Assembly: GCA_947168585.1 (NCBI GenBank)
Contig: CAMVMK010000006.1
Coordinates: 15,984 to 79,983 of the forward strand
Length of the DNA stretch: 64,000 nt
Source: an uncultured Fretibacterium sp.
Lineage (GTDB): Bacteria; Synergistota; Synergistia; Synergistales; Aminobacteriaceae
Reading direction: 5' to 3'
The translations under genes and the position numbers were made by a program. Below the pieces are notes generated by a model. It ran no database searches, was not told the DNA's origin, and was given only the letters and a program-made list of their open reading frames with translations. Below are positions 1-9,560 of this stretch, one piece after another (the stretch's first letter is position 1; every line of letters begins with the position of its first letter).

Positions 1-1
1 G

Positions 2-865
2 ATTAAAGTAGCGACAAAACGCGGAACTGTTTTAGACGGCGTTTTATTTTCAAATGAAAAAAGCAGAGGCACCGACACCGTCATGATTTCAATTACAGGT
101 ATTCACGGAAATTTTTATTCAAACCCTTTTTATTATAATTTCGGCGATACCCTGAACGAGGGCGGCTATGATTTTATTTACGCTCAGACTAATGACGCTT
201 TCGGCGAAATTCGAACCGTCAACGTCAAAACTGGCCAAGAAGAAATCATAGGCTCATGGAACGAGAGATTTTCATACACTGATGAAGATATTGAAGCCTA
301 TTTAGATTTTGCAGAGAATGCCGGATATAAATATATAATTCTTGCAGGACATTCTTTAGGCGCGAACAAAGTGATTTATTATTTGTCCCGTCATCATGAC
401 GAGAGAGTTAAAAAATTTTTCCTTTTAAGCCCTGCGAATTTAACTTATATGATGTCAAACGTAACAGCTCAAGAAAAAATTATAATAAAAAGCATGGTTG
501 AACACGGACGCGGTGAAGAAATGCTGCCTTTTGCTTTCATGGGCTGGGTAGTCTGCACAGCTTATACGGCTTACGACTGGCAGTTTTCTGGATTGTTAAA
601 TAATGTTTTTGTTGAGTCTGACCGCGATTTTTCACAGTGCGGACAGATAACTCACTCCGGAGCGTTATTAATCGGGACTTATGATAATTTCACTTACGGA
701 GATCCTTCGGGATTTTTGAAAAATATTAACGCCCATATCCCTACAGCAAAAGAAAATAATTTAATTTTCATCGAGAAAACCGGCCACACCTATCAAGGCA
801 AAAATCAGGAAGCCGCTGAAAAAATCTTAAAACAAATTCAAGGCTGGAGAAAAGTTATAAAATAA
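2..865 (+). CDS. alpha/beta-fold hydrolase, 5' end cut by the window edge
   Basis: The reading frame is open from nt 2, upstream of the listed ATG at 83. It carries a G-x-S-x-G nucleophile elbow (ILAGHSLGANK). Confidence 0.65.
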   Translation: MKVATKRGTVLDGVLFSNEKSRGTDTVMISITGIHGNFYSNPFYYNFGDTLNEGGYDFIYAQTNDAFGEIRTVNVKTGQEEIIGSWNERFSYTDEDIEAYLDFAENAGYKYIILAGHSLGANKVIYYLSRHHDERVKKFFLLSPANLTYMMSNVTAQEKIIIKSMVEHGRGEEMLPFAFMGWVVCTAYTAYDWQFSGLLNNVFVESDRDFSQCGQITHSGALLIGTYDNFTYGDPSGFLKNINAHIPTAKENNLIFIEKTGHTYQGKNQEAAEKILKQIQGWRKVIK

Positions 866-928
866 TTAAAATAAAAGATAAAAAATTCAATTAAAATAAA
901 TTAATTTTTTGGATAAGGAGATATTTTA

Positions 929-1228
929 ATGTCAAATGAAAGAAAATATGAGGTATGGGTCGATGATAATTTTCATTACGCAGATGAAGAAGAAAGATAT
1001 AAATCAGGAGAATATGACACTTACGAAGAGGCTGAAGCAAAATGCAAAGAAATTGTAGGCTGGTCTCTTGAAGAAGTTCATTATAATTATTACGAATACC
1101 AACGTTGGGGAGATGACCCTTTTATAGCATGTAACGGCCGTCCTTCTCCTCCTAAATGTTTCTCTGCATGGAATTACGCAAAAGAACAGTGTGAAGCGCA
1201 TGGTTGGCAAGAAACTGAAAAAGAATAA
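929..1228 (+). CDS. hypothetical small acidic protein
   Basis: 99-codon ORF with GGAG 8 nt upstream of the ATG. No recognisable motif. Confidence 0.5.
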   Translation: MSNERKYEVWVDDNFHYADEEERYKSGEYDTYEEAEAKCKEIVGWSLEEVHYNYYEYQRWGDDPFIACNGRPSPPKCFSAWNYAKEQCEAHGWQETEKE

Positions 1229-1329
1229 AATTGAAAAAGTAAAAGAAGATTTTATTTTCCATCCCGTTCATAATTGCTTAGCTTGCGTTATAATTTACAA
1301 AAAATTTTCCGGGAGTGTTTTGTTTAATC

Positions 1330-2058
1330 ATGAGCGAATTTCAAAATAAAAGCACCTTAATCACGGCGGCAGGCGTAGTAATATTTTTAGCAGCAGGAAT
1401 TTTCACAATGTTATTTTTCCCTGACCGCGACAAAGGCCAAGAGCAGGCAAAAATAATTCAGCCGAAAAATTCAACTTCAAATTCAAATTTAATTTCAAAT
1501 CCTGAAGTTAAACCCGAAGAATTAAAGCCGGAAGTTAAAGAAGAAATTAAAGCGGAAAAGCCTAAGCCCGACTGGTTTGTCCATGTTGCAGGCGAAGTGA
1601 AAAAGCCCGGAATTTATAAAATCTCCGCCGATGCAAGAGTGTTTCAAGCTATTGACGCGGCAGGCGGCTTCACCGAAAAAGCAGATCAAACTTCCGTGAA
1701 TTTAGCTTCGTTTTTAATTGACGGCTATCAAATTCATGTCTTAGCTAAAGGAGCAAAGAAACCTCAAAACGAAATTCAAACACGTGTGCAGGCTAAACCG
1801 TCTGAAACAATCGTAATTAAACAGCAAACTCAAACTCAAAAAAATTCCGCTGTAACTATCGATAACAGAGTAAATATTAATTCGGCAAGTGCTCCAGAAC
1901 TCCAACGCTTAAACGGCGTAGGACCGGCTATAGCAGCAAGAATTGTTGAATATAGAAACACTCACGGAAATTTCTCAAGCCCCGAAGATTTATTAAACGT
2001 CAGAGGTATAGGAAAAGTTAAACTCGAAAAAATGCGCAAACAAATTTTGATACGCTAA
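1330..2058 (+). CDS. comEA: competence protein ComEA (DNA receptor)
   Basis: N-terminal TM segment, SLBB-like segment (VHVAGEVKKPGIYKI) and C-terminal tandem helix-hairpin-helix (INSASAPELQRLNGVGPAIAARIVEYR ... NVRGIGKVKLEKM). ATG 1330 is preferred over the alternative start at 1315. Confidence 0.85.
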   Translation: MSEFQNKSTLITAAGVVIFLAAGIFTMLFFPDRDKGQEQAKIIQPKNSTSNSNLISNPEVKPEELKPEVKEEIKAEKPKPDWFVHVAGEVKKPGIYKISADARVFQAIDAAGGFTEKADQTSVNLASFLIDGYQIHVLAKGAKKPQNEIQTRVQAKPSETIVIKQQTQTQKNSAVTIDNRVNINSASAPELQRLNGVGPAIAARIVEYRNTHGNFSSPEDLLNVRGIGKVKLEKMRKQILIR

Positions 2059-2077
2059 TAAAAAAATAAAATAAAAA

Positions 2078-3472
2078 ATGGAAATTTTACGGCGCACTCC
2101 TGCTCTTTGTGTTTTAATTTCGCTCATTGCCGGACTTGCTTTATATGACCGTGCAGGAGTTTGGGCTTCTCTAATTGTGCCGTTAATATTTTCAGGCGCG
2201 GCCTTTTTGACTTACGAACGCGAGATTAAATTTCAATGGAAAATTTTTTTCACAGGTCTTGTAATTTCAATTTTATGTTCAGCTCGAATTTTTTTCGCGC
2301 TCTCTGCTCCGAATATACCGCAAGAATCTTTCACGAATGAAACAGGTTTAGTAACTTTAGTGCGGACTTGGGGAAGAACTTACGCCGCCGTTATTGATAC
2401 TGAAGAGCACGGGCGTTTAGTCGGGCGTTTTCATTTTTCCGAAGTTTTAGAGGGAATGAAAATTCAATTTGACGGAACAATTAAAAATTTCAAAACTGCA
2501 AAAAAACGCGGAGATTTTGACGAGAAAAATTTTTGGAAGGCACGGGGCGCGGATTCTTGGACAACTGTCCGAAATGTTAGAGAAATTCCGGCGGGATTTT
2601 CACTGCCTGCAATACGTAATAAAATCTCACGAAATTTAACTATACATGCCCGCGAACTCACAGCAAATTATCTTAAAGCAGCGTGGCTCGGTCAGCATGA
2701 CGAAAATTTAACCAAACAGCACCGTAAATGGGGCACAAGTCATTTATTAGCAGTTTCGGGCTTCCATGTCGGTATAGCAGTTTTATGCGCAGGAATAATT
2801 TTCGGGAAAAATTTTTTAGTTTTGTCGATATTTATGTGGCTTTATGTTTTATTGACTGGAGCGGCGGCCAGTGCAATGAGAGCGGCTTTAATGATACAAA
2901 TTGCTATAATTGCTCCGTTGTTTGGGCGAAAAACTAACGGTGTTAATGCAGTAAGCGCGGCGGGAGTTATTTTGCTTTTTTACCAGCCTTTTTTATTTTG
3001 GGATATAGGCTGGCGGCTCTCGATGATTTCAGCTTTAACTTTGACGATGTTAAATTGGAATAAATTTACTTTTCTTTATGCCGGAGCGGCGGTGAACATG
3101 GCAATTTTTCCGCAGGTAATTACAACTTTTAAGATTATGCCTTTCGTTGGATTTGTATTAAATTTATTTGCGCCTCTTTATTTTGCTTTTGCATTTATTA
3201 TAGCATCAGTGTTTGAATTTTTAGATTTAATAAATTTTCCTATTATTCATAAATTTATGTTCGCAATCGAAGGAATTTTTATTTTATGGGAAAAAATTGC
3301 GGATTTTTTCAAATTTTTAATCACTTGGGATATGCAATATAATTTTTTGACTTTAATTTTATGGACGGCAGCATTAATATTTTTCGTTTGCAGATATTTT
3401 GAATTTACAAGACGCAGAACTGTTTTAATTATTTTTGCAGTGAGTTTGGCCGCGTATTTTTTATTTAGTTGA
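2078..3472 (+). CDS. comEC: ComEC/Rec2-family DNA internalisation channel, short form without a C-terminal metallo-beta-lactamase domain
   Basis: Polytopic membrane protein directly downstream of comEA. It has the conserved competence-domain segment (WGTSHLLAVSGFHVGIA). At 464 aa it is too short to include an MBL domain. Confidence 0.8.
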   Translation: MEILRRTPALCVLISLIAGLALYDRAGVWASLIVPLIFSGAAFLTYEREIKFQWKIFFTGLVISILCSARIFFALSAPNIPQESFTNETGLVTLVRTWGRTYAAVIDTEEHGRLVGRFHFSEVLEGMKIQFDGTIKNFKTAKKRGDFDEKNFWKARGADSWTTVRNVREIPAGFSLPAIRNKISRNLTIHARELTANYLKAAWLGQHDENLTKQHRKWGTSHLLAVSGFHVGIAVLCAGIIFGKNFLVLSIFMWLYVLLTGAAASAMRAALMIQIAIIAPLFGRKTNGVNAVSAAGVILLFYQPFLFWDIGWRLSMISALTLTMLNWNKFTFLYAGAAVNMAIFPQVITTFKIMPFVGFVLNLFAPLYFAFAFIIASVFEFLDLINFPIIHKFMFAIEGIFILWEKIADFFKFLITWDMQYNFLTLILWTAALIFFVCRYFEFTRRRTVLIIFAVSLAAYFLFS

Positions 3473-3484
3473 GCAACAAATTTT

Positions 3485-3934
3485 TTATAAAATTTCCCCT
3501 TCAAGATAACATTCCCTGATGTAATCATGAGGCTGATAAAAGAAGTCTGAATTAAAATTTGAAATACTATCACTAATCCAAGAGTTATAAACTTCGTTTA
3601 GTGTTTCTATGATTTTATCTTTTTCCTGAATATTCTCTGTAACGTCTTGAATAAGCCGCGCGTAAACCTTTCCGATGTCCCAGTAGCTTGGAACGGCATA
3701 CCTGCAGGCTGTAACATTATCAAAATCTCCGGTCTTGATTTTGTATGTTTCAATATATTCGTCAGCAACTTTTGCAATCGGCTCACAATGAAGAATGTCA
3801 GCATAATTGTAAATATGCAATAAAGTGTTTATTCCAAGAGAGGAGACAACTTCTTTTCTGCTTAATTTTTTCTGCCGTCCGATAAGTTCAATCAGACTGC
3901 ACAGAAAAAATAAATTACTGTCGTTTTTAGTCAT
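3485..3934 (-). CDS. DUF3791-like protein, partner of the upstream DUF3990-like gene
   Basis: 149 aa. The start overlaps the upstream stop in a TAATG junction. The sequence resembles the DUF3791 family as I remember it; this was not searched. Confidence 0.6.
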   Translation of the reverse strand: MTKNDSNLFFLCSLIELIGRQKKLSRKEVVSSLGINTLLHIYNYADILHCEPIAKVADEYIETYKIKTGDFDNVTACRYAVPSYWDIGKVYARLIQDVTENIQEKDKIIETLNEVYNSWISDSISNFNSDFFYQPHDYIRECYLEGEIL

Positions 3935-4404
3935 TATAAATTAACCTCATATCCCCGTAAAAATTTTAGTGTTGCAATAGCGCGGGCAGTGTGAAAACTT
4001 ATTTGATGTGTCGGTTTCTTAAACTTTGCAAGTTCCCAAAATGCTGCACGTGAAATTTCGCCGTCAATAAATCCCTGAATATAGTTGAAAATAGTATCAT
4101 TAACCATAGGTCCTTCTACAATATCGTAATCGTGAGGATTTCCGCTTCTGCACGAGACAATAAAATCAAGCCAGTCTTCAGTCATAGCAGGAAAATTAAG
4201 CAGCCTAAGATTTTCAGAAAAAGTATAAGAATACTCATTAATTATTCCCGTCCGATTATATCTTGTTGCCCATCGTTCGGCCTGTTCTTTGAAACAGGTG
4301 CAGTAAAAACCGAAATAAAAATCTTTATTATATTTTGCTGTCCGTATTTCCGGAAATTTAATTATTTCTTTGCCGCCGTGATAAATAATTCTATTTTCAG
4401 ACAT
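3934..4404 (-). CDS. DUF3990-like protein, possible ADP-ribosyltransferase-fold toxin
   Basis: 156 aa. N-terminal IIYHGG, then FGFYCT...QAERWA, then DIVEGP. The order H...Y...E is reminiscent of diphtheria-toxin/PARP-type ART motifs. AGGAG-type RBS (aaggagagaaaATG). Confidence 0.6.
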   Translation of the reverse strand: MSENRIIYHGGKEIIKFPEIRTAKYNKDFYFGFYCTCFKEQAERWATRYNRTGIINEYSYTFSENLRLLNFPAMTEDWLDFIVSCRSGNPHDYDIVEGPMVNDTIFNYIQGFIDGEISRAAFWELAKFKKPTHQISFHTARAIATLKFLRGYEVNL

Positions 4405-4429
4405 TTTCTCTCCTTACTTTTAATTTTAA

Positions 4430-4483
4430 TGAGGAATTAGGAAGTAGGAAAACTCCTCACCCCTAACCCCTCACTCCTCACCT
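4430..4483. repeat. heptad AGG-repeat element (purine arm plus pyrimidine arm)
   Basis: TGAGGAATTAGGAAGTAGGAAAA followed by CTCCTCACCCCTAACCCCTCACTCCTCACC. It lies between the rodZ-like stop and the DUF3990 start. Confidence 0.8.
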
Positions 4484-5359
4484 TTATTTGATTTTTTTAT
4501 AAGTTCCGTCAGTTTCGTAAGTATAAGTCTCGGCTTTTTTGGCTTTTGGATTGACTACGCCTAAATCTTTGCCGTTCAAAATTACTTGAGCCGCATTAGG
4601 TCTTCCGAAAAGTACACGGGCAGTCTCGTTAAAATCCCAGCGCATAACTTCACCGCGTTTCAAAGTTCTTCTATAAACCGGCTTGTCATCTCCAAATGAA
4701 ACACTGAGCCAAACGTCATTAACAGCGTGAATTTCAAGCGACGGTTTAATTTCAGGCACTGGCTCGGGCTCTTCTTCTTCTTCAATTTCTGAAGTTCCCG
4801 GATCATCTGAAATGGTTACGTCTTCAATTTCAGTAACGCTGACTTCAATATCACTTGGCAGAATTTCAGGACTTACAACACCGCCGCTTCCCGAAAAATT
4901 AAAAAATTTCATATTTTTGAGGTCAAGCCCTCCGCTGCTGACGGCGTACCAGACATAAATTCCCGTTCCTGCAAGTGCCGCGATTAAAACAAGGAACAGC
5001 CAAAAATGAGAAACTGACTTAAAACCCTCCGGCACTGATGAACCGTTGCTTAAAGCGTTCGCTACGTTACGGCTTGAAACTTCTCTTTTAACGGTGTGAA
5101 CGTTGTCTTTATATTCAAGCTGTGCATTAAAATCATCGAGCAAGTCTTCAGCTCCGATAACTTTTAGATACGTTCTTATAAAGCCCCGTACATAAACAGG
5201 CTCAGGGAAATCAGTATAATCGCCGTCTTCAATGCCGTGCAAATATTCAGGTCTGATTCTGGTTTTATCAAAAACAGCCTCGAGAGTAAGCCCCGCATTT
5301 TCACGGCGTTCTGCTACAATGCGCCCAAGATCTTTGAGTGCTTCATTATTCTTTATCAA
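4484..5359 (-). CDS. rodZ: RodZ-like cytoskeleton protein (HTH plus TM plus DUF4115-like C-terminus)
   Basis: N-terminal HTH (LTLEAVFDKTRIRPEYLHGIEDGDY...VYVRGFIRTY), a central TM segment, an acidic linker and a C-terminal beta domain. Confidence 0.7.
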   Translation of the reverse strand: MIKNNEALKDLGRIVAERRENAGLTLEAVFDKTRIRPEYLHGIEDGDYTDFPEPVYVRGFIRTYLKVIGAEDLLDDFNAQLEYKDNVHTVKREVSSRNVANALSNGSSVPEGFKSVSHFWLFLVLIAALAGTGIYVWYAVSSGGLDLKNMKFFNFSGSGGVVSPEILPSDIEVSVTEIEDVTISDDPGTSEIEEEEEPEPVPEIKPSLEIHAVNDVWLSVSFGDDKPVYRRTLKRGEVMRWDFNETARVLFGRPNAAQVILNGKDLGVVNPKAKKAETYTYETDGTYKKIK

Positions 5360-6038
5360 AATTTTTAATTGCCTCCTCTATGTCGTGCTTGGCCTTAGCA
5401 AGCCACGCCGCAGGATGTCCGCTCTTGAAAACGGCACTTCCTGTTACTATAGCATCGCACCCCGCAAGCACAGCACTAATTATATTATTTTCGTTAATAC
5501 CGCCGTCAATTTCAATCTTAAATTTATAATTATGAACGGCACGCAGGCTCACAAGCTCCCGGACTTTACGCAACGAACCCGGAATAAAAGTCTGTCCTCC
5601 GAAGCCAGGTGTTACGGACATTACTAAAATTAAATCAACGAGGTCAAGAATATTCTCATCAAGACTTGCTACTCTTGTCGGCGGACACAAAGCTACTCCG
5701 GCTTTAATTCCGGCGTTTTTAATTCTGCTTAAAGAAGCATGGATTAAATGTCCTTCGCTCTCTGCATGAAGAGTTATTGACGAAGGCCGAGCCGCTATAA
5801 ATTCCGGCAGAATAATATCATGTTCATCGACCATTAAATGAGCGTCAATATAAGCGTCCGGATATTGTTTTCTCAGAGCCGCCGCAAAACTCGAACCGAA
5901 AGATAAATTTTTTACAAAATGCCCGTCCATTATGTCAAGATGAAGCCAATCGAAATTATTTTCGAGAGACTCAATCGCGCCTGAAAGATTTAAGGGATTT
6001 GCGCCGAGCAACGAGGGAGCCAATGAAACTGTTCTCAT
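5346..6038 (-). CDS. rpe: ribulose-phosphate 3-epimerase
   Basis: Family-typical segments: LHLDIMDGHFV, DAHLMV, MSVTPGFGGQTFI, EIDGGIN. Confidence 0.9.
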   Translation of the reverse strand: MRTVSLAPSLLGANPLNLSGAIESLENNFDWLHLDIMDGHFVKNLSFGSSFAAALRKQYPDAYIDAHLMVDEHDIILPEFIAARPSSITLHAESEGHLIHASLSRIKNAGIKAGVALCPPTRVASLDENILDLVDLILVMSVTPGFGGQTFIPGSLRKVRELVSLRAVHNYKFKIEIDGGINENNIISAVLAGCDAIVTGSAVFKSGHPAAWLAKAKHDIEEAIKNFDKE

Positions 6039-6044
6039 AAAATT

Positions 6045-7403
6045 TTACCTCTGTTTATCCTGCCAGACTAATTCGCCGCCGAGATATATTTTAATTATAC
6101 ATTCCTGTAAATAACTTGCAGTAGTGTTGATTGCCTCACCGCTTCTTGCCTGCCTGTTCATTACTGTGCGTGTTCCGTTAGGGTCGGTGATTTCGATTTT
6201 CAAATCCATCGGCTTTGCAAGCGGCGGAACAGGGTAACGGATACGGGCAGTTTTATTTCCTGCTGACGTAGAACTTTCAGTTTTATTTTCTTCTTTTTTC
6301 TCTTCGGGCTTTGAAGTCTGTGAAGTTTTTGCCGGTGCTGAAGGTGTCGAAGCCTTTTGCTGATTATTATTTTTAGGCGTTTGAGGTGCTGACGGTGCAG
6401 GAGTTGAAGTTTGAGAAGTTTTATTTTGAGCCGTTGTTGTAGTTGAAGTTAAATCGTAATCATCGCCGATAAAAACATCATCTTGACCGCCGACTGAAAC
6501 TTTAACGCTACGATTATTATTATTATTATTTTGAGCCGGAGTATTTTCTTTCTGCTCTTTACTATCAGTCGGAATATTTCGAGGTGTTGTAATAGTTGTG
6601 TTGCCTCTTGTTGTTGTCTGTGCAGTAGTTCTCTTCGAGTCTAAATCGTTATAACCTTTAGGCTGTCTTTGAGTAGCGATTTTCAAAATTACTCCCTGTC
6701 CCGGTCTTATTAAAGTTCCTGTGCCGGGTTTTGTTTCGATAGCAAGGCCCTCAGGTACTAAAGGACTATAAACTCTCTCGATGCCTTGAATTTTAACGCC
6801 GCCTGTCTCTAAAACGTTGCGGGCTTCGTCTTCAGTCATTCTATTAACGTCAGGGATAGCGATACTTTCAGCTTGGGCAACACCAGCCTGAACGAGTAAA
6901 TCAATTTTTCTTCCGGCAGCAACACTCGCAGGAGCAGCCGGGCTTTGAGCAATAACAGTGCCGGGTTTAGCGTTAGGTTCGCTGATTTTAATTACATCTC
7001 CGAGAGAAAATCCCTGAGCCTTAATTTCGTCTTGAGCCTTTGCTAAAGTTTTTCCTTTAACGTCCGGAATAGGGTGAAGTTCTCCGCCTTGACTTACCTG
7101 CAGGACTATAACCTGTCCTTTTCTCAAAGTTGCACCGGCCTGCGGAGACTGCGCTAAAACTCTTCCCTCAGGCATTGTCGAGGCTACGGGTTCAAGCTGA
7201 ACAACGAGCCCTAATCTTTCGGCTTCACTGACGGCAGTAACTGTTGAAGTCCCGACTAATTGAGGAACAGCGGATTTATTTTCAGGCTGTATAAAAATCG
7301 TATAAACTGCAATAGCTCCGGACGCGAAAATCGTACCTACAACTAAAAACATTACAAAACCTACAACGCCGCCCGGACGTTTTTTTAATTTATTAAATTT
7401 CAA
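6045..7403 (-). CDS. membrane-anchored PASTA-repeat protein without a kinase domain
   Basis: N-terminal TM segment, about four PASTA-like repeats (e.g. PQLVGTSTVTAVSEAERLGL...; IPDVKGKTLAKAQDEIKAQGF...), a long T/S/N/P-rich low-complexity linker and a small C-terminal domain. Confidence 0.75.
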   Translation of the reverse strand: MKFNKLKKRPGGVVGFVMFLVVGTIFASGAIAVYTIFIQPENKSAVPQLVGTSTVTAVSEAERLGLVVQLEPVASTMPEGRVLAQSPQAGATLRKGQVIVLQVSQGGELHPIPDVKGKTLAKAQDEIKAQGFSLGDVIKISEPNAKPGTVIAQSPAAPASVAAGRKIDLLVQAGVAQAESIAIPDVNRMTEDEARNVLETGGVKIQGIERVYSPLVPEGLAIETKPGTGTLIRPGQGVILKIATQRQPKGYNDLDSKRTTAQTTTRGNTTITTPRNIPTDSKEQKENTPAQNNNNNNRSVKVSVGGQDDVFIGDDYDLTSTTTTAQNKTSQTSTPAPSAPQTPKNNNQQKASTPSAPAKTSQTSKPEEKKEENKTESSTSAGNKTARIRYPVPPLAKPMDLKIEITDPNGTRTVMNRQARSGEAINTTASYLQECIIKIYLGGELVWQDKQR

Positions 7404-7424
7404 ATTAAATTCGCCTCCTTAAAA

Positions 7425-8744
7425 TTATTTTTTCATAATCAGCGATAAATAAAAACCATCGAGCCATGAATTACACGGCATTATATAAAATCCGTAGGGT
7501 CTGCCTTTTTTGAAAGCATCGCCCTTAAAGTCTATCATTTTAGAAATTTCCGCGCAGTCTTGATGTTTTGCTAAAATTTCAGCGACAACGCTTTCATTTT
7601 CCTGACGCAATAAACTGCATGTTATATATAAAACATAGCCGCCGGATTTAATTAAACTTAAAGCGCGGTCTAATAATTTTTTTTGAGTGTCGACAATAAA
7701 ATCTAATTTTTTCCAGCTTAACTGCCATTTTGATTCGGGTTTTCTGTTCCAAGTTCCCGAGCCTGAGCACGGAGCGTCAAGCATTATAAAACTCGGCTCA
7801 TCGTCCGGAGTAATTTCAAGAGCGCTGCCGATTTTTAATTTCGCGCGGTTAAGAACTTTCAAACGTTCTAATTCTTTTTTAGCACTTTCTGAACGTCCCG
7901 AAGATAATTCCCAGCATTCGAGTCGGGAATTTTCACATTCCTGCAAAATCTGCCCGGCTTTAACTCCTCGTCCTGAACACATATCTAAAATTAAGCCTTT
8001 TCCCGAATAAAATTTTTTCACGAGAGAAGCCGCGATTATAGAACTTTCAGATTGAACGCTGCAAAGCCCCTCATTAAATCCCGGAAGACTTGTCGGCAAA
8101 ACGCTTTCAGTAATTCTCACGGCCTCCGAAATATCTGACTTAAAAGCGTGGATATTTTTTTCTTCGAGCAACGTTAAAAATTTTTCGCTGTCTTTAGTTC
8201 TAACTGCCGAATAAGACGAAGAAGACTCGAACATTTCAAAAATTTCATTGAGTTCAGCTCTGTTCCAGCCTTTCTCCCATGCCTTCAAACACCATACAGG
8301 CACACCGGCGGTTAAAGCACGGTCATCGAGGGACGGAGATTTTTTTAATTTTTCAATAATTTCCGCACCGCTCTCGTTGACTTTTCTTAAAACTGCGTTG
8401 ACGAGTGAAATATATTTTTGATTTTTTTTATCTTTTTTAAGAGTTTCGACAATGCCGTTAATTAAAACTCCCTCAGAAAATCTCCTAAGTTCCATAAGGC
8501 CGCCCGTCCCTGCAAGCATTGCAGTATAAACCGGCACGGGTAATTTTTCCTTTGCATGAACGAAATTATCCGCTAATTTTTCCCAAAGTTCTTTTTTCCT
8601 TAATACGATATAAATCAGCGACGACGCAAGAGTAATATCTGTAGATTTCATTTTTTCGCGGTCTGCTAATTTTCTAAGAGCTTCCGACGAAAAAGAATTT
8701 TTTTTGCTGCTTAAAATCGTTAAAGCTGCTTCAATTCCCCGCAT
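7425..8744 (-). CDS. rsmB: 16S rRNA m5C methyltransferase, RsmB/Sun family
   Basis: NusB-like N-terminal half, then the methyltransferase motifs LDAPCSGSGTWNRKPE and YITCSL..ENE. Confidence 0.8.
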   Translation of the reverse strand: MRGIEAALTILSSKKNSFSSEALRKLADREKMKSTDITLASSLIYIVLRKKELWEKLADNFVHAKEKLPVPVYTAMLAGTGGLMELRRFSEGVLINGIVETLKKDKKNQKYISLVNAVLRKVNESGAEIIEKLKKSPSLDDRALTAGVPVWCLKAWEKGWNRAELNEIFEMFESSSSYSAVRTKDSEKFLTLLEEKNIHAFKSDISEAVRITESVLPTSLPGFNEGLCSVQSESSIIAASLVKKFYSGKGLILDMCSGRGVKAGQILQECENSRLECWELSSGRSESAKKELERLKVLNRAKLKIGSALEITPDDEPSFIMLDAPCSGSGTWNRKPESKWQLSWKKLDFIVDTQKKLLDRALSLIKSGGYVLYITCSLLRQENESVVAEILAKHQDCAEISKMIDFKGDAFKKGRPYGFYIMPCNSWLDGFYLSLIMKK

Positions 8745-8747
8745 AAA

Positions 8748-9443
8748 TTAACGTCTCCGTGAACGTGCTATTAAAATCATTCTTAATAAAGTCAAAGCTG
8801 AAGTTACAGCCGCCGCTATATAAGTCCAAGCCGCCGCAGTCAAAACTTTTTTCGCTCCTGCTAACTCGTCGGGCGTGAGGGTGTGGGTCTGCTCTAAAAG
8901 TTTTAAGGCTCTTGAACTTGCGTTAATTTCAACGGGAAGAGTAACAAGGTGAAAAACTAAAGCCGCCGTGAAGCACATAATTCCAATCGTTACTAACATA
9001 GAGTTAGCCATTAAAAGCCCGAGAAAAAATAACGGAGTTGAAGCTGTCGTAGCGATATTAACAACAGGGACGATAGAATTTCTTAAAATCAACGGCGAAT
9101 ACATTTCTAAATGCTGAATAGCGTGTCCGGCCTCGTGAGCAGCAACTCCGATTGAAGCAATGCTGCGGCTTCCGTAAACATCATCAGAAAGATTTAACGT
9201 TCTATTGCGTGGATCATAATGGTCAGTCAAAGAACCGCTGACGTGATTTATAGGCATATTCGACATTCCGTAAAGAGATAATAAACTATGGGCAACGCTG
9301 TCGGCTGTAACATTTCCGCGCGCCGTAACTCCGCTGTATTTGCTGAAAGTACTTTTAACGCTCGCCTGCGCCCACATCGATAATAACAACGCAGGGATAA
9401 CTATAATAATTGTAGGGTCTAAACCGTATCCATAACCTAACAT
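8748..9443 (-). CDS. membrane zinc metallopeptidase (neutral Zn peptidase family)
   Basis: HEAGHAIQH zinc-binding HExxH motif flanked by TM segments. Confidence 0.8.
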   Translation of the reverse strand: MLGYGYGLDPTIIIVIPALLLSMWAQASVKSTFSKYSGVTARGNVTADSVAHSLLSLYGMSNMPINHVSGSLTDHYDPRNRTLNLSDDVYGSRSIASIGVAAHEAGHAIQHLEMYSPLILRNSIVPVVNIATTASTPLFFLGLLMANSMLVTIGIMCFTAALVFHLVTLPVEINASSRALKLLEQTHTLTPDELAGAKKVLTAAAWTYIAAAVTSALTLLRMILIARSRRR

Positions 9444-9560
9444 AAAAAAATTTCTCCTTCTCTAAAAAATCTCTAAAAATTTTTTTCGAGGTCATTATAT
9501 AATTTTGAAAAGTTTTTTGGGAAATAAAGATAAGAATTTTAATGGGGAGAAAAATTTTTC

